Shown one piece after another: positions 39,414-49,844 of a stretch of DNA of 64,000 bases; the first letter of the stretch is position 1, and each line of letters begins with the position of its first letter. The DNA comes from Promethearchaeota archaeon (lineage in GTDB: Archaea > Asgardarchaeota > Lokiarchaeia > Sigyniarchaeales > SOKP01): the NCBI GenBank assembly GCA_048938855.1, contig JBHLLT010000014.1, positions 18,230 to 82,229 of the forward strand, read 5' to 3'. The translations under genes were made by a program, and so were the position numbers. The notes below the pieces were generated by a model. The model made no database searches, was not told the origin of the DNA, and saw only the letters and a program-made list of their open reading frames with translations.

Positions 39414-40343
39414 TTAAGTCCTCAAATTCTTCAACACAAAAAATAACGCTCCTAATTCGCCACTAATTGGAGTAGATTCGGGGATAAGTTCATAACTTTG
39501 ATTATATATACCCACTATTTCAAATCCACCATATTTTACAAAATCTTTGAATTCAGAAAATAACCATAAACGGAGTTCATGAGCTTCCTCAACAATTAGT
39601 TTTCTTCCATTCTCATTCACAATCATTTTAAAGTCAACATGTCGTACTCTATTGTTGATGTCATACCAATTTACGGCCCAAGTTAGTTCAAGTTCTACAT
39701 TCTCATCATTAACATACCATGTATCATCTAATTTCTTCTCATTATTGAAATCATTGCACATGCAACTTATTTCAACAACATAAATGCCTCCTTTCTTTAT
39801 TGATTTACCCATTGCTTTAAAATGAGAAATAATTTCTTCATTGTTTCTTAAATATCCTAGACTATTTATACAAATAATAGCTGCGTCGAACTTTTCATTA
39901 AATTGCAAATCCTTCATATTTCCTACAATGACATCTGCTTGATCACCTGTTATTCCACAGTTTCTTATTCGTTCTTTAGAATATTCAACCATAGCTGGAT
40001 TTAAATCATAACCTAAAACAAAATAGTTGAATTGAGGTAAAATCTCTAAAAACATGCCCGGACCACATGCTGGCTCTAAAATGTTCCGAACTTTCAAGTC
40101 TGTATATTGTTGAAAACATTTGTTGAAAAAATTTACATCACTCTTCACATCTCTAGTGAAAGCCATATCATAATACTTTGGAAAATTGTAAAATTGATGG
40201 TTTTCCTTTGGAATTTCAATGCATCCTGATGTCGGTATAATTTTGTATGATACATCTTCCACATTATATGAAGTTACCGCTAAATTCTGTTCGATCACGC
40301 TACTTTGGGTTTTTTTTATCTCAATATCTGTGCTATTTACCAT
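39414..40343 (-). CDS. Class I SAM-dependent methyltransferase
   Basis: ILEPACGPG, GYDLN..M and FDAAI motifs. Confidence 0.88.
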   Translation of the reverse strand: MVNSTDIEIKKTQSSVIEQNLAVTSYNVEDVSYKIIPTSGCIEIPKENHQFYNFPKYYDMAFTRDVKSDVNFFNKCFQQYTDLKVRNILEPACGPGMFLEILPQFNYFVLGYDLNPAMVEYSKERIRNCGITGDQADVIVGNMKDLQFNEKFDAAIICINSLGYLRNNEEIISHFKAMGKSIKKGGIYVVEISCMCNDFNNEKKLDDTWYVNDENVELELTWAVNWYDINNRVRHVDFKMIVNENGRKLIVEEAHELRLWLFSEFKDFVKYGGFEIVGIYNQSYELIPESTPISGELGALFFVLKNLRT

Positions 40344-40959
40344 TTTACTAACCTCTTTTATTATAATTTTTTAAAATGAATAATTTTTTAAAGATAAAAA
40401 TTAAAAATAGAAATTTTATGAAATTCCCTTAATTTTTAAAATATTCTATAAAATGAGAAATTGCATATGTTCTTAAGTTCATTTTTAATTGATTCGATTA
40501 TTTAAACTTTCTCCTTTCCAATTATCTAAAAATTATTAATTCAAATTCCTTGAAATTTAAAACAGAAATAGTAGATCACCTTACGAATAAAAGTCTATAT
40601 AATCTAATCTGAGATATCTTATCTCAAATCCTCTAAATTTCGATAAAAGAATAACTCTTAAAGAAACTGAAGAATCTAATTACCATTTTTGATAAATGTG
40701 ATAAATTGGAACAATTTATTCCCCTTCTTCAGTAACCAATAACTCACAAGTTGCTGATCTTACAAATCTATACTTAATAATTAATTTTCCAATATTTTTA
40801 GGTTTTGAGACCATAATCATTAATCTTCTTTGGATATCTATGTAATAATAGTTGAATTAAATAATTATTAAATGTTTATTTTCACATTCTAATAGGAAAG
40901 AATCAAATAATACGATTATTGTTATATCTATTATAATAAATTACAAGAGGTAATTCACC

Positions 40960-41493
40960 ATTAGAAAGAGACTCAAAGAAGGTCTAGTTCAAGTTTATTT
41001 TGGCCGAGGTAAGGGTAAAACAACTGCTGCAATTGGACAAGGAGTACGTGCTACTGGGCATGGATTCAAAGTATATATGATTCAATTCATGAAAGGAAAT
41101 TATAAATATGGTGAGATAGAAGCCATTAAAAATATTCCCAATTTTGAACTAAAACAATTTGGTAGTCCTGAACTTATAGCAGAACCAGATAATTTTGATA
41201 AAGAAGAAGGAATAAAAGCACTCGATTATGCTAAAGAGATTATTATGAGTGATGATTATGATATCGTTATACTTGATGAAGTGGGAGTTGCAATATCTAT
41301 GAATGTAATTTCTGTAGAACCTGTTTTAGAACTTATAAAAAATAAACCAGAAAAAGTCGAGTTAATCTTGACAGGCGGACCAAAAATGCATCCAAAAATA
41401 AAAGAACTAGCCGATTTAGTAACCGAAATGAAAATGATAAAGCATTATTACTCTTCAAAAGGGATATCCGCTAGATATGGCATAGAATATTAA
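40960..41493 (+). CDS. cobO: Cob(I)alamin adenosyltransferase CobO/BtuR
   Basis: The frame extends upstream of the ORF-track start (41077) through GLVQVYFGRGKGKTTAA, then QFMKG, ILDE, ELILTG and ADLVTEM..KH. Proposed ATT start at 40960. Confidence 0.9.
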   Translation: MRKRLKEGLVQVYFGRGKGKTTAAIGQGVRATGHGFKVYMIQFMKGNYKYGEIEAIKNIPNFELKQFGSPELIAEPDNFDKEEGIKALDYAKEIIMSDDYDIVILDEVGVAISMNVISVEPVLELIKNKPEKVELILTGGPKMHPKIKELADLVTEMKMIKHYYSSKGISARYGIEY

Positions 41494-41537
41494 ATAATCT
41501 ATTTTAAATTCGCAAAAAAAATAAAATATCAATTAAA

Positions 41538-42293
41538 ATGGATATTGAAAGTCTATATAAGTTAATAGAGAATGAACTTGAAAAAGAAGCAATTAACAAA
41601 TTTGATTCAAAAAAAGAATTCATAATCTGGAACCAGGAAATTTATAAGAAATATAAACATAAAGCATACGGACTTAAAGTTCCTGAAATTGAAAAAATTG
41701 TAAATAAATATTACAATAGGTTTGTAGAAATATCATTTGAAGAAAGAATAAATTTAGCCCGAAAGTTTTATACATCTGAATATATTGCACAAACTAGTTT
41801 TGGATTGAAAATTCTTGAAATTAGCCTATCCAAATTAACACCACAAAGATTTGAAATATTAGATGAAATGGGTGGCTACTTATCAGACTGGGGACCAACA
41901 GATTCCTTTTCTCTTCATATTATGCAACCCTTATTAAGAAAATATCCAAATAAGGTTATAGAATTATTAAGAAATTGGAATAATTCTAATCGTACCTGGA
42001 AGAAGCGTTCTAGTTTAGTTACATTTACTAGAAAAATCGGTGCAGAAGGTCAATACGTTGATACTCTCTTGGAATTTTGTAATGATTTAATTTGGGATAA
42101 AGAGGATTTGGTTAGAAAAGCAATCGGATGGGCACTTAAAGATAACATGGTTGGAAAAAATAAAGAAAAAGTTTTAAATTATGTAAAAGATTTAAGAAAA
42201 AAGGGAGTTTCCTCTACAATAACATTATACGCAATTCGTAATTTAAAGGGTAAAGAACGGGAAGAGATTTTAAAAATCAAATCCATGAAATAG
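41538..42293 (+). CDS. DNA alkylation repair protein (AlkD-like HEAT-repeat glycosylase)
   Basis: YG.KVP, DW..TD, W.KR and D....VRKAIGWALK motifs. Confidence 0.85.
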   Translation: MDIESLYKLIENELEKEAINKFDSKKEFIIWNQEIYKKYKHKAYGLKVPEIEKIVNKYYNRFVEISFEERINLARKFYTSEYIAQTSFGLKILEISLSKLTPQRFEILDEMGGYLSDWGPTDSFSLHIMQPLLRKYPNKVIELLRNWNNSNRTWKKRSSLVTFTRKIGAEGQYVDTLLEFCNDLIWDKEDLVRKAIGWALKDNMVGKNKEKVLNYVKDLRKKGVSSTITLYAIRNLKGKEREEILKIKSMK

Positions 42294-42415
42294 GAAACTT
42301 TTCCAATCATTTAATATATTTTGTCAGTGAAAAAAAATTTCTAAATTCTCACATATCTAAAAATTTCATCATATAAGCGATTAAATTTTTATTAAAAGAA
42401 ACGATAATCAAATTC

Positions 42416-42799
42416 ATGCATAATGGGAAAACATTTCAATTAAAGAAGATCTTTTCTGTCTGTGGTATAGAATGCTCTCAGTGCCAAATTTATCTTGCTC
42501 CTTATAATCCAGCAATAGCGGACCGATTAGTAAAAATGTTTGAGAATATGTGGGACAATGTAAAACCAGAAGATTTTCATTGTAGTACATGTAGGGGTGA
42601 AATCTCAGAATGTTGGACTAAAGAATGCTGGATCAGATATTGTTGTGTAAATGAAAAAAAATTAGAGTATTGTTATCAATGTCAAGAATTTCCCTGCAAG
42701 AGATTAGAAGACCATGCAAAGAAAAACAAAAGATATCTTGTAGCTTTGAATAACCTTAAAAGAATGAAGAGAAATGAGACAAAGCAAACAAAAAAATAA
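42416..42799 (+). CDS. DUF3795 Cys-rich protein
   Basis: CGI.C..C, C..C and C.I..CC......C..C.EFPC motifs. Confidence 0.8.
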   Translation: MHNGKTFQLKKIFSVCGIECSQCQIYLAPYNPAIADRLVKMFENMWDNVKPEDFHCSTCRGEISECWTKECWIRYCCVNEKKLEYCYQCQEFPCKRLEDHAKKNKRYLVALNNLKRMKRNETKQTKK

Positions 42800-42839
42800 C
42801 AGGACTCCCCTTAAATAAAAAATATTCATCTAATTAATA

Positions 42840-44060
42840 ATGAATCTGAATAGTTTAAATAATATTAAACGTAGGAATCTAATAACATTAGCTATTACCA
42901 AATTGCTTCATGGATTTGGTACTGGAATGTTTGGAATAATTTATCAACCGTTTCTTTTAGACCTTACAAATTCAATTGTGTTGACAGGATTATTTGTTTC
43001 AATAGGATTGATGACGCAATTTACACCTATGCCATGGATTGGTAAATTATCTGACAAATATAACCGAAAATACATTCTAATTACAAGTGTTCCCGTATAT
43101 ATCATGGGTCTTTTATTTTTAATATTAGCGAGCTCAACAACTATATATTTTATAGTATTTGGGATATTATTTTACTTTTTAGGTTTTATTATCAATAATT
43201 TAAATACTCAATTCATAGTTGCAGATAATACTAGTAAATCTAAGGGATTAATGTTTGGATTTATGTATTTTTCCTATTTTGGTGGATCAATCGCAGGTAC
43301 AATTTTTATAATTCTTGGAGCGGGATTAGAAAATAGATTCATTATGATGATTTTCATATTTTTACTACTTATAGAAGAATCATTCTTCATATTCTCTCTT
43401 TCTGCTCGAAATACACATATTAGAAATCCAGAGTCTAAACCAATAAATACATTTAACAAGAAAGAAAATATGTGGAAAAAGATTTTGAAGACAAAATCAT
43501 TAAGATCCATATTAATTTTCTTTTGTCTTGATATTTTTGTTTATAGTATTTCTCTTTCAATATATACTGGTGGATTATACGATTTCTATCATCTTTCTGA
43601 ACAAGATATTGCAATGATTGCATTATGGCTTAATATTGGAACTGCAGTCTTTCAAATTCCTGCGGGTCGTATTACTGATAAAATTGGTAATAAAAAAACT
43701 TTAATTTTGAGTCAAATCTTTGGATTTGGCTTCTTTTTTACAAATATATTAGCTGTTATATTTTGGATGAATTTTTTTAAACAGATATTAATTATGACCT
43801 TAAGTATTGGCTATCTATCATTAGCATTATCTGTCTGTACCTTTATTCCCGCTGAGCAAGTAATATTAACTAATCTCGGTGAAGATCAAAAGGCTGAATC
43901 ATATGGAATTGTTTCATTTTTTAGAGGAATAGCATTGATTCCTACAGGATTTCTGGGAGGATTGATGGTAGAAAATGTTCATTATATCGCACCATTTATA
44001 TTTAGTGCGATAGGTTTAGGATTTGAACTTCTATTTCTTGTTAAGTTTTTTCACGATTAA
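42840..44060 (+). CDS. MFS transporter
   Basis: About 12 TM helices; motif A as GKLSDKYNRK and GRITDKIGNK. Confidence 0.92.
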   Translation: MNLNSLNNIKRRNLITLAITKLLHGFGTGMFGIIYQPFLLDLTNSIVLTGLFVSIGLMTQFTPMPWIGKLSDKYNRKYILITSVPVYIMGLLFLILASSTTIYFIVFGILFYFLGFIINNLNTQFIVADNTSKSKGLMFGFMYFSYFGGSIAGTIFIILGAGLENRFIMMIFIFLLLIEESFFIFSLSARNTHIRNPESKPINTFNKKENMWKKILKTKSLRSILIFFCLDIFVYSISLSIYTGGLYDFYHLSEQDIAMIALWLNIGTAVFQIPAGRITDKIGNKKTLILSQIFGFGFFFTNILAVIFWMNFFKQILIMTLSIGYLSLALSVCTFIPAEQVILTNLGEDQKAESYGIVSFFRGIALIPTGFLGGLMVENVHYIAPFIFSAIGLGFELLFLVKFFHD

Positions 44061-44162
44061 ATAGTACCTATTCAATAAAATGAAAAGAAATATAATTTTT
44101 AGACAATTCAATTTCTTAATTTTCAAATTAAAAGTATTCTAAACTATACAAATGGTGAAATT

Positions 44163-45422
44163 ATGGGTAAACTAAATAGAAGAGTTGCCATAGTAGGAGC
44201 GGGTATGTGTAAATTTGGCCGCAATTTTCCCACCAAACGTAATCCAGATATGTGGGTTGATGCTTGGATTGATGCAGTAAGTAGAACAGATAATGGTATT
44301 GAACCTAAGGATGTAGATGCTTGCTATGTTGGAAATTATTCTTCAGATTTATTTAATCATCAAGGTCATTTAGGACCACAAATGGCTGATTTAGTTGGTC
44401 TAACTCCAAAACCTGCTGCTAGATTTGAAGGTGCATGCGCTAGTAGTGGAGTTGCCTTTCGTCAAGGAATCTTAGCGATTGCATCAGGTGTTCATGATGT
44501 TGTTGCTGTAAGTGGAGTCGAATGTATGACGGAGGTATCTACTACTTTAGTAACTGACACATTAGCAACTGCTTCAGATAATTTATTTGAGTATCCTGCG
44601 GGAGCAACCTTTCCAGGGTTATATGCTGCAGTTGCATCAGCGCATTTTCACAAATTTGGAACAACTCATGATGATTTAAAACGAATAGCGATCAAAAATC
44701 ATGAAAATGGAAGTCAAAATCCTTACGCGCAAATGCAACAATCTTTGAAAGATATTATGGCAAGTAAAATAAAAAAACTTGAAACTGAAGGTAGAAACGT
44801 ACCAGATTGGAAAGATGAAATAGATTTTTTAAATAGTTCATCGAATCCTATAATTGCTTCTCCTTTACGATTATTCGATTGTTCATTAGTAACTGATGGT
44901 GCTGCTTGCGTATTCTTAGTAGCAGAGGATGTGGCAAAAAGATTTACTGATACCCCAATTTGGATAACAGGAACAGGACAAGGAAGTGCTGCACTTTCTC
45001 TACATGATAGAGGTGAGATAACGGGTTTTATCGCAGCTAGAGAAGCTGCTCAACAAGCCTACGAAATGTCAGGTTTAGGACCTAAGGATATCCAAATTGC
45101 GGAAGTCCATGATTGCTTTACAATCGCTGAACTGATTGCTTTGGAAGATTTAGGATTTTATGAAAAAGGTAAAGCAGCAGAAGCTATAAAAAATGGTGAA
45201 ACAAAACGAGATGGCGTAAGACCAATCAACACTTCTGGAGGGTTAAAATCAAAAGGACACCCAGTTGGAGCAACTGGTGCTGCTATGGCAGTTGAAATCT
45301 TTAAACAAATGCGTGGTATCGCTGAAAGGGATAGGCAGGTGAAATTTGATGTCGAGAGAGCATTGACTCATAATTTAGGAGGTTCTGGAGCCACATGTGT
45401 GGTTACCATATATGAAAAATAA
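44163..45422 (+). CDS. Archaeal/SCP-x-type thiolase (acetyl-CoA acetyltransferase)
   Basis: EGACASS, DCS..TDGA, EVHDCF, GHPVGATG and HNLGG motifs. Confidence 0.93.
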   Translation: MGKLNRRVAIVGAGMCKFGRNFPTKRNPDMWVDAWIDAVSRTDNGIEPKDVDACYVGNYSSDLFNHQGHLGPQMADLVGLTPKPAARFEGACASSGVAFRQGILAIASGVHDVVAVSGVECMTEVSTTLVTDTLATASDNLFEYPAGATFPGLYAAVASAHFHKFGTTHDDLKRIAIKNHENGSQNPYAQMQQSLKDIMASKIKKLETEGRNVPDWKDEIDFLNSSSNPIIASPLRLFDCSLVTDGAACVFLVAEDVAKRFTDTPIWITGTGQGSAALSLHDRGEITGFIAAREAAQQAYEMSGLGPKDIQIAEVHDCFTIAELIALEDLGFYEKGKAAEAIKNGETKRDGVRPINTSGGLKSKGHPVGATGAAMAVEIFKQMRGIAERDRQVKFDVERALTHNLGGSGATCVVTIYEK

Positions 45423-45439
45423 GAAGGTGACAAATAAAA

Positions 45440-45859
45440 ATGTTAAAAAATGAAATTACAATTCAAAATTATTTAGACTTCATTCATAACAAAAAATTGA
45501 TGGGTTCTAAATGTAAAAAATGTGGTGCTTTTGATGTCCCTCCAAGAAAATTATGTGTAAAATGTAATTCAACTGATACAGAATGGATTGAAATGTCTGG
45601 AAAAGGTAAAATTGCTGCTTTTTCTTGCATTACAGTAGGAACCACTTTTATGGTTAATAAAGGATATTCAATGAAAAAGCCCTATTGTTTTTCAGTCATA
45701 CAACTCGATGAAGGACCAATGATCTCAGGTCAGCTGGTTGGTGTTGATGAAACCAAACCGGATGATATAAAGATTAATACGCCTGTAAAAGCTATTTTTT
45801 TGGAAACGGAATTAGAAGGCGGAGAAATTAGAGTAGATCTTGGTTTTAAACCAATATAA
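45440..45859 (+). CDS. DUF35 Zn-ribbon/OB-fold thiolase partner
   Basis: CKKCG..PPR..C..C and LDEGP motifs; directly follows the thiolase. Confidence 0.92.
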   Translation: MLKNEITIQNYLDFIHNKKLMGSKCKKCGAFDVPPRKLCVKCNSTDTEWIEMSGKGKIAAFSCITVGTTFMVNKGYSMKKPYCFSVIQLDEGPMISGQLVGVDETKPDDIKINTPVKAIFLETELEGGEIRVDLGFKPI

Positions 45860-45941
45860 AACCTAAAACATAATTACTACTTTTTTATTTTTATATTATA
45901 ACTCTTAAGATTATTCTTATTGTATTGCTTGGTGAATTTGT

Positions 45942-47165
45942 ATTAAAAAGAAAATTAGTATTATTATTGTAAGCGTTATAGTATTAATAACTATATTTGC
46001 TGTAGTATATCTTAATCTTCCTACTAACAATCTTAGTGTTCAAAATTATGATATTGATTTAAATTTTAATGGAGAAAATGCTTATTCCTACGTGGAAGAT
46101 CAGTTAGGTATAGGTTATCGAATTCCTGGAACTCAAGAACGTGTAAATTGCGCTAATTATTTTATAGATAAATTTTTGGAGATAGATAATAATTTCACAT
46201 ATTTTCTTCATAATTTTACAGTCCAATCAACTGATTGTCAGAATCTGTTGTTTAAATTAAATGAAAATACAACTAACATATTGATTCTAGGAGCTCATTA
46301 TGATTCCAGAGCCAGAGCAACAAGAGATTTGATAAATACTTCTGCCCCTGTTCCTGGGGCCAATGATGGTGCGAGTGGAACTGCAGTGCTAATAGAATTA
46401 GCTCAAAATCTGTATAATAGGAGAGAGAATCTTAGTTGTCAAATATGGTTTGTTTTTTTTGATGCTGAAGATCAGGGCTATGATGTAGGCCCCGGTATAC
46501 CTGGGTGGGGATGGTGTGAAGGATCTCATCAATTTGTTTCAGATATTAATAGTTTTTATGATTCAGGAACAGAAAATTTTGATTGTATGATTTTACTCGA
46601 TATGGTTGGTGGTGAAAATTTAAAATTTATCAATGAACAATATTCTACCTCCTCATTATTGAATGAACTATTTACTATCGGAAGGAGCTTAGGTTATACA
46701 AGTGCATTTCCAAAATATCCTGTTTCTCAATCAATTTATGACGATCATGTAGCTTTTAGAAACGTTGGCATTCCAACAGCTGACTTAATTATTAAGTTTT
46801 GGAATAGAAATCCAGATTGGCCTTATCACCATACTACTCAGGATAACTTGGCTTATATTTCAAATCATAGTCTTGAGATTACAGGTAAAACTGTTGAACA
46901 ATTCATTTATAATAACTATTTTGATGATCAAAATAATGATTATCAAGGAAATTATCCTTGGACTCAAGATCAAAACCAATTGAGTTTGGAAATTGTTGTT
47001 ATCATTTCAGTAATTCTTGCTTTGGTAGGAATCTCTCTAATCATTATAATATCTTCAAAACAAGTAACAGAAAAAAAACCGAAGTTAATGAGTATTAATT
47101 ATATCGAACTATTTTTGTTTTATAAGATATCCGCACTGGTGACAGAATTTATCCAATTCCGCTAA
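45942..47165 (+). CDS. Exported, membrane-anchored M28 peptidase (glutaminyl cyclase-like)
   Basis: GAHYDSR, PGANDGASG, FDAED, LDMVG, DDH and HHT..D motifs. The frame extends upstream of the ORF-track start (46092) through FNGENAYSYV and a signal/TM segment to ATT 45942. Confidence 0.85.
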   Translation: MKKKISIIIVSVIVLITIFAVVYLNLPTNNLSVQNYDIDLNFNGENAYSYVEDQLGIGYRIPGTQERVNCANYFIDKFLEIDNNFTYFLHNFTVQSTDCQNLLFKLNENTTNILILGAHYDSRARATRDLINTSAPVPGANDGASGTAVLIELAQNLYNRRENLSCQIWFVFFDAEDQGYDVGPGIPGWGWCEGSHQFVSDINSFYDSGTENFDCMILLDMVGGENLKFINEQYSTSSLLNELFTIGRSLGYTSAFPKYPVSQSIYDDHVAFRNVGIPTADLIIKFWNRNPDWPYHHTTQDNLAYISNHSLEITGKTVEQFIYNNYFDDQNNDYQGNYPWTQDQNQLSLEIVVIISVILALVGISLIIIISSKQVTEKKPKLMSINYIELFLFYKISALVTEFIQFR

Positions 47166-47927
47166 TTGCAAACCACAGAATTTACAAAAATTAATAATTT
47201 GTTTTGGTTTTTCAACTATTTCCTCTGGTTGTGATATTTCCATATTTGATTCGATTATTTCTTCTTCTTTGATCGATATTAAGGGGATCGGTTTCAATTG
47301 TTCACTATCTTTATGGTTTGATTCATGAATAATTTTTTCAGTTGGTTTTGGTTGGCTTATTTCAGGTATCGGTGGGGTTGGAATATCGTTAATCTTTTCT
47401 TTCCATGCACCCGTAATAGCCGTAGGTTCTTGTGTTTTTACAAATTCAGAGGGAGACACATCAAGCACGGGTTTTGAGAATGGTTTTTGTAAAAATGACA
47501 GACTTTTAAGATATTGTTTTCTACGCTCTTGATATATGGAAAAATACTTCTTCTTTGCTTTCCTTAAACTGTTTTTACTCCCACATTTTACACAATAGGC
47601 TGTTTCTTTGATGGAAAATTCCCAACAATAGACACATATATAGGGATGTTCTTTTAAAAAAGTTTCTATGTTTGGTACCTCCGATTCTCCTGGAATTGAT
47701 TTTGTTTCCTGAATTTTACTCTGAATGCTGCTGTAAACAAAATCTGATGCCCCTTTCTGGGACTCCTTTTTACTCATATAAGCAATAAAGTCTCTCTTTT
47801 TTGCTTTTCTTAAACTATATCTAGCACCACAACTTTCACAATAATTCCTATAGGTGTCTGTAAACATCCCACATCTATCACAAACTAAAGGTTGAGCTTT
47901 TAAAAATGCTCGCCAATCTTGAACCAA
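47109..47927 (-). CDS. Multi-zinc-ribbon protein
   Basis: Two internal repeats CxxC-x8-YCxxCG...SLRKAKK plus a C-terminal CxxC..CxxC. The start may be ATT at 47972. Confidence 0.75.
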   Translation of the reverse strand: MVQDWRAFLKAQPLVCDRCGMFTDTYRNYCESCGARYSLRKAKKRDFIAYMSKKESQKGASDFVYSSIQSKIQETKSIPGESEVPNIETFLKEHPYICVYCWEFSIKETAYCVKCGSKNSLRKAKKKYFSIYQERRKQYLKSLSFLQKPFSKPVLDVSPSEFVKTQEPTAITGAWKEKINDIPTPPIPEISQPKPTEKIIHESNHKDSEQLKPIPLISIKEEEIIESNMEISQPEEIVEKPKQIINFCKFCGLQLAELDKFCHQCGYLIKQK

Positions 47928-48061
47928 TGGTTTATTCTCTTTTCTTATAAATCTCTCATCATCGTAAGAAATTGCATTTTCACCTATAAAAATCGATATT
48001 GAAGTTAATTTAATCTAATAGTTTGATGTATAATTTGGAATTTAAACATTTGTATGTAATT

Positions 48062-48685
48062 CTATTTTTTTACCCCTAAAATTGCTCGGTGTTTAGTTCC
48101 ATCATTATAAATTTCCAATAAATTGAAAGAACTAAATACCTCTTGAATTTCAGTTATTGTAAAAAAATGATGTGGAAGTCCTTTTTCTTGTCCTGATTGG
48201 GGGATATATGTACCTTTTTCAATCTCTTTTAATTCCCAATCATCTAAACCTCCTCTCTCTTCTAATCTTGGAAAAGTAATAAAGATTAGACCCCCTTTCT
48301 TCAGAACCCTTTCAATTTCACTTATAGTAAAAATTATATATTTCATTTCATTATGGTGAATCACTTGGATTGAGATAACAGCATCAAAATAATTTTTATC
48401 ATAAGGGAATCGTTCTTCCATTCTATGATTAATTAATTCTGCTGATAAACCTTCTTCTGATAACCATTGCCGTGTGAGAGAAAGTCCTTTAGGTGAAGCA
48501 TCAAATCCATACATCTCAAAATCCAATTTAGAAAAAAAAATTATATGGCGCCCTGTTCCAGAACCAATATCTAATATCCTACGAACACCCTTTTCCTTGA
48601 ATAACTTAACAAGCCGCTCCATATCTTGATGTGGCTCTGTGAAGACTTTACCTTTTTCTGAAAAAATATCTTCCCAATCGGGCAT
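48062..48685 (-). CDS. Class I SAM-dependent methyltransferase
   Basis: ILDIGSGTGRH, FDAVIS and RVLKKGG motifs. Confidence 0.9.
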   Translation of the reverse strand: MPDWEDIFSEKGKVFTEPHQDMERLVKLFKEKGVRRILDIGSGTGRHIIFFSKLDFEMYGFDASPKGLSLTRQWLSEEGLSAELINHRMEERFPYDKNYFDAVISIQVIHHNEMKYIIFTISEIERVLKKGGLIFITFPRLEERGGLDDWELKEIEKGTYIPQSGQEKGLPHHFFTITEIQEVFSSFNLLEIYNDGTKHRAILGVKK

Positions 48686-48710
48686 ATTAAAAGAATTTTT
48701 AGTATCAGTA

Positions 48711-49697
48711 TTATTTATTTTTACGTTTTTCTAACTCATCCCAGCATTCCCACATATAATGACCATGTTTTTCTTTAAATGCTTCAGCAAATTCATTCTC
48801 TCTCGGTCGAATGAATTCATACCCATCTTGAATACATTCATAAGTCACAGGGAGAGAATCTAACACTTCACCATCCACTTGGCATACATATGATTCATCT
48901 TCAAGATTCCTCATTTCTACTCTAACTTTCTTACTTTGATATTCACTAATATCAGGATGTGGCAAAAGAGTTGCATTATACATTCTCCTGAACTGCCTAG
49001 CTAATTTAACCTTATCAATGTTTACAATGCTAATATCAAAAAGACCATCCTTAATACTAGCTCGTTGGCAAATAAACATACCTCCCCCATAAGCTCCAGA
49101 AAGCCCAACTGCTGCTAGATTAGCTTCGCCTTCAAAGGTATCATTATCCATTTTAACAATGATTTCTCTATTTTCCCATTCTTTTAGTAAAGAAAGAATT
49201 ATCATATTGTAATCCTTTTCTTTATCTTCATTTGATCTTCTTGCAACTTCCGAATCAAAACCTTGACTTCCAATACCTAGGAAGTACCTTTCAATTCCAC
49301 TGTCGGTTTTTGCAAATCCAATATCACACTTGCTTGAGAATCCTTCTGCTATAATCTCACATGCTCGTTTAACGTCCGCTCTATACCCTAAAGCAGCAGG
49401 AATATCATTTCCCGAGCCCATAGGAATGAATCCGCATAAAGCTCCTGTATTTGATGTTATTGTTCCGTGAAGCACTTGATTCGCCGTACCATCCCCTCCA
49501 GCTGCTATTACACGGTAGCCATCTTTCGCTAGTTGCCTGGCTAGTTCGATAGCATGACCATCATACTCTGTTTGTACAGATTTAAATTTAATATTCAATT
49601 CCTTTAGATAATTGAAAACCAATTCAAGATCTTGCCTAGTTTCCCCTTTCTTGGCAATAGGATTATAAATAATTGCATAGTCTTCCATATCTGACAA
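48711..49697 (-). CDS. Diacylglycerol kinase-like lipid kinase (YegS/DagK family)
   Basis: NPIA, GGDGT, PMGSGND and VDGE motifs. Confidence 0.92.
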   Translation of the reverse strand: MSDMEDYAIIYNPIAKKGETRQDLELVFNYLKELNIKFKSVQTEYDGHAIELARQLAKDGYRVIAAGGDGTANQVLHGTITSNTGALCGFIPMGSGNDIPAALGYRADVKRACEIIAEGFSSKCDIGFAKTDSGIERYFLGIGSQGFDSEVARRSNEDKEKDYNMIILSLLKEWENREIIVKMDNDTFEGEANLAAVGLSGAYGGGMFICQRASIKDGLFDISIVNIDKVKLARQFRRMYNATLLPHPDISEYQSKKVRVEMRNLEDESYVCQVDGEVLDSLPVTYECIQDGYEFIRPRENEFAEAFKEKHGHYMWECWDELEKRKNK

Positions 49698-49844
49698 CTC
49701 ACATGATTTAGTTCAAAATAAAATTATAATTATGTTATCCTTTTAATTATCAAATTATTTAAAACTATTTGTAGTGAGATATTATTTTGCAGAATAAGAT
49801 GAGTACTGGGAATTAAAAAATAAAGAATTCAATCAGACAACTTA

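Noticed and set aside
39228-39446. 72-aa plus-strand ORF
   Set aside because: No recognisable motif or SD, and it overlaps the methyltransferase 3' end; cannot be supported.
40344-40959. Cobalamin or SAM riboswitch upstream of cobO or the methyltransferase
   Set aside because: No B12-box or SAM-I core motifs were recognised, and the region is very AT-rich.
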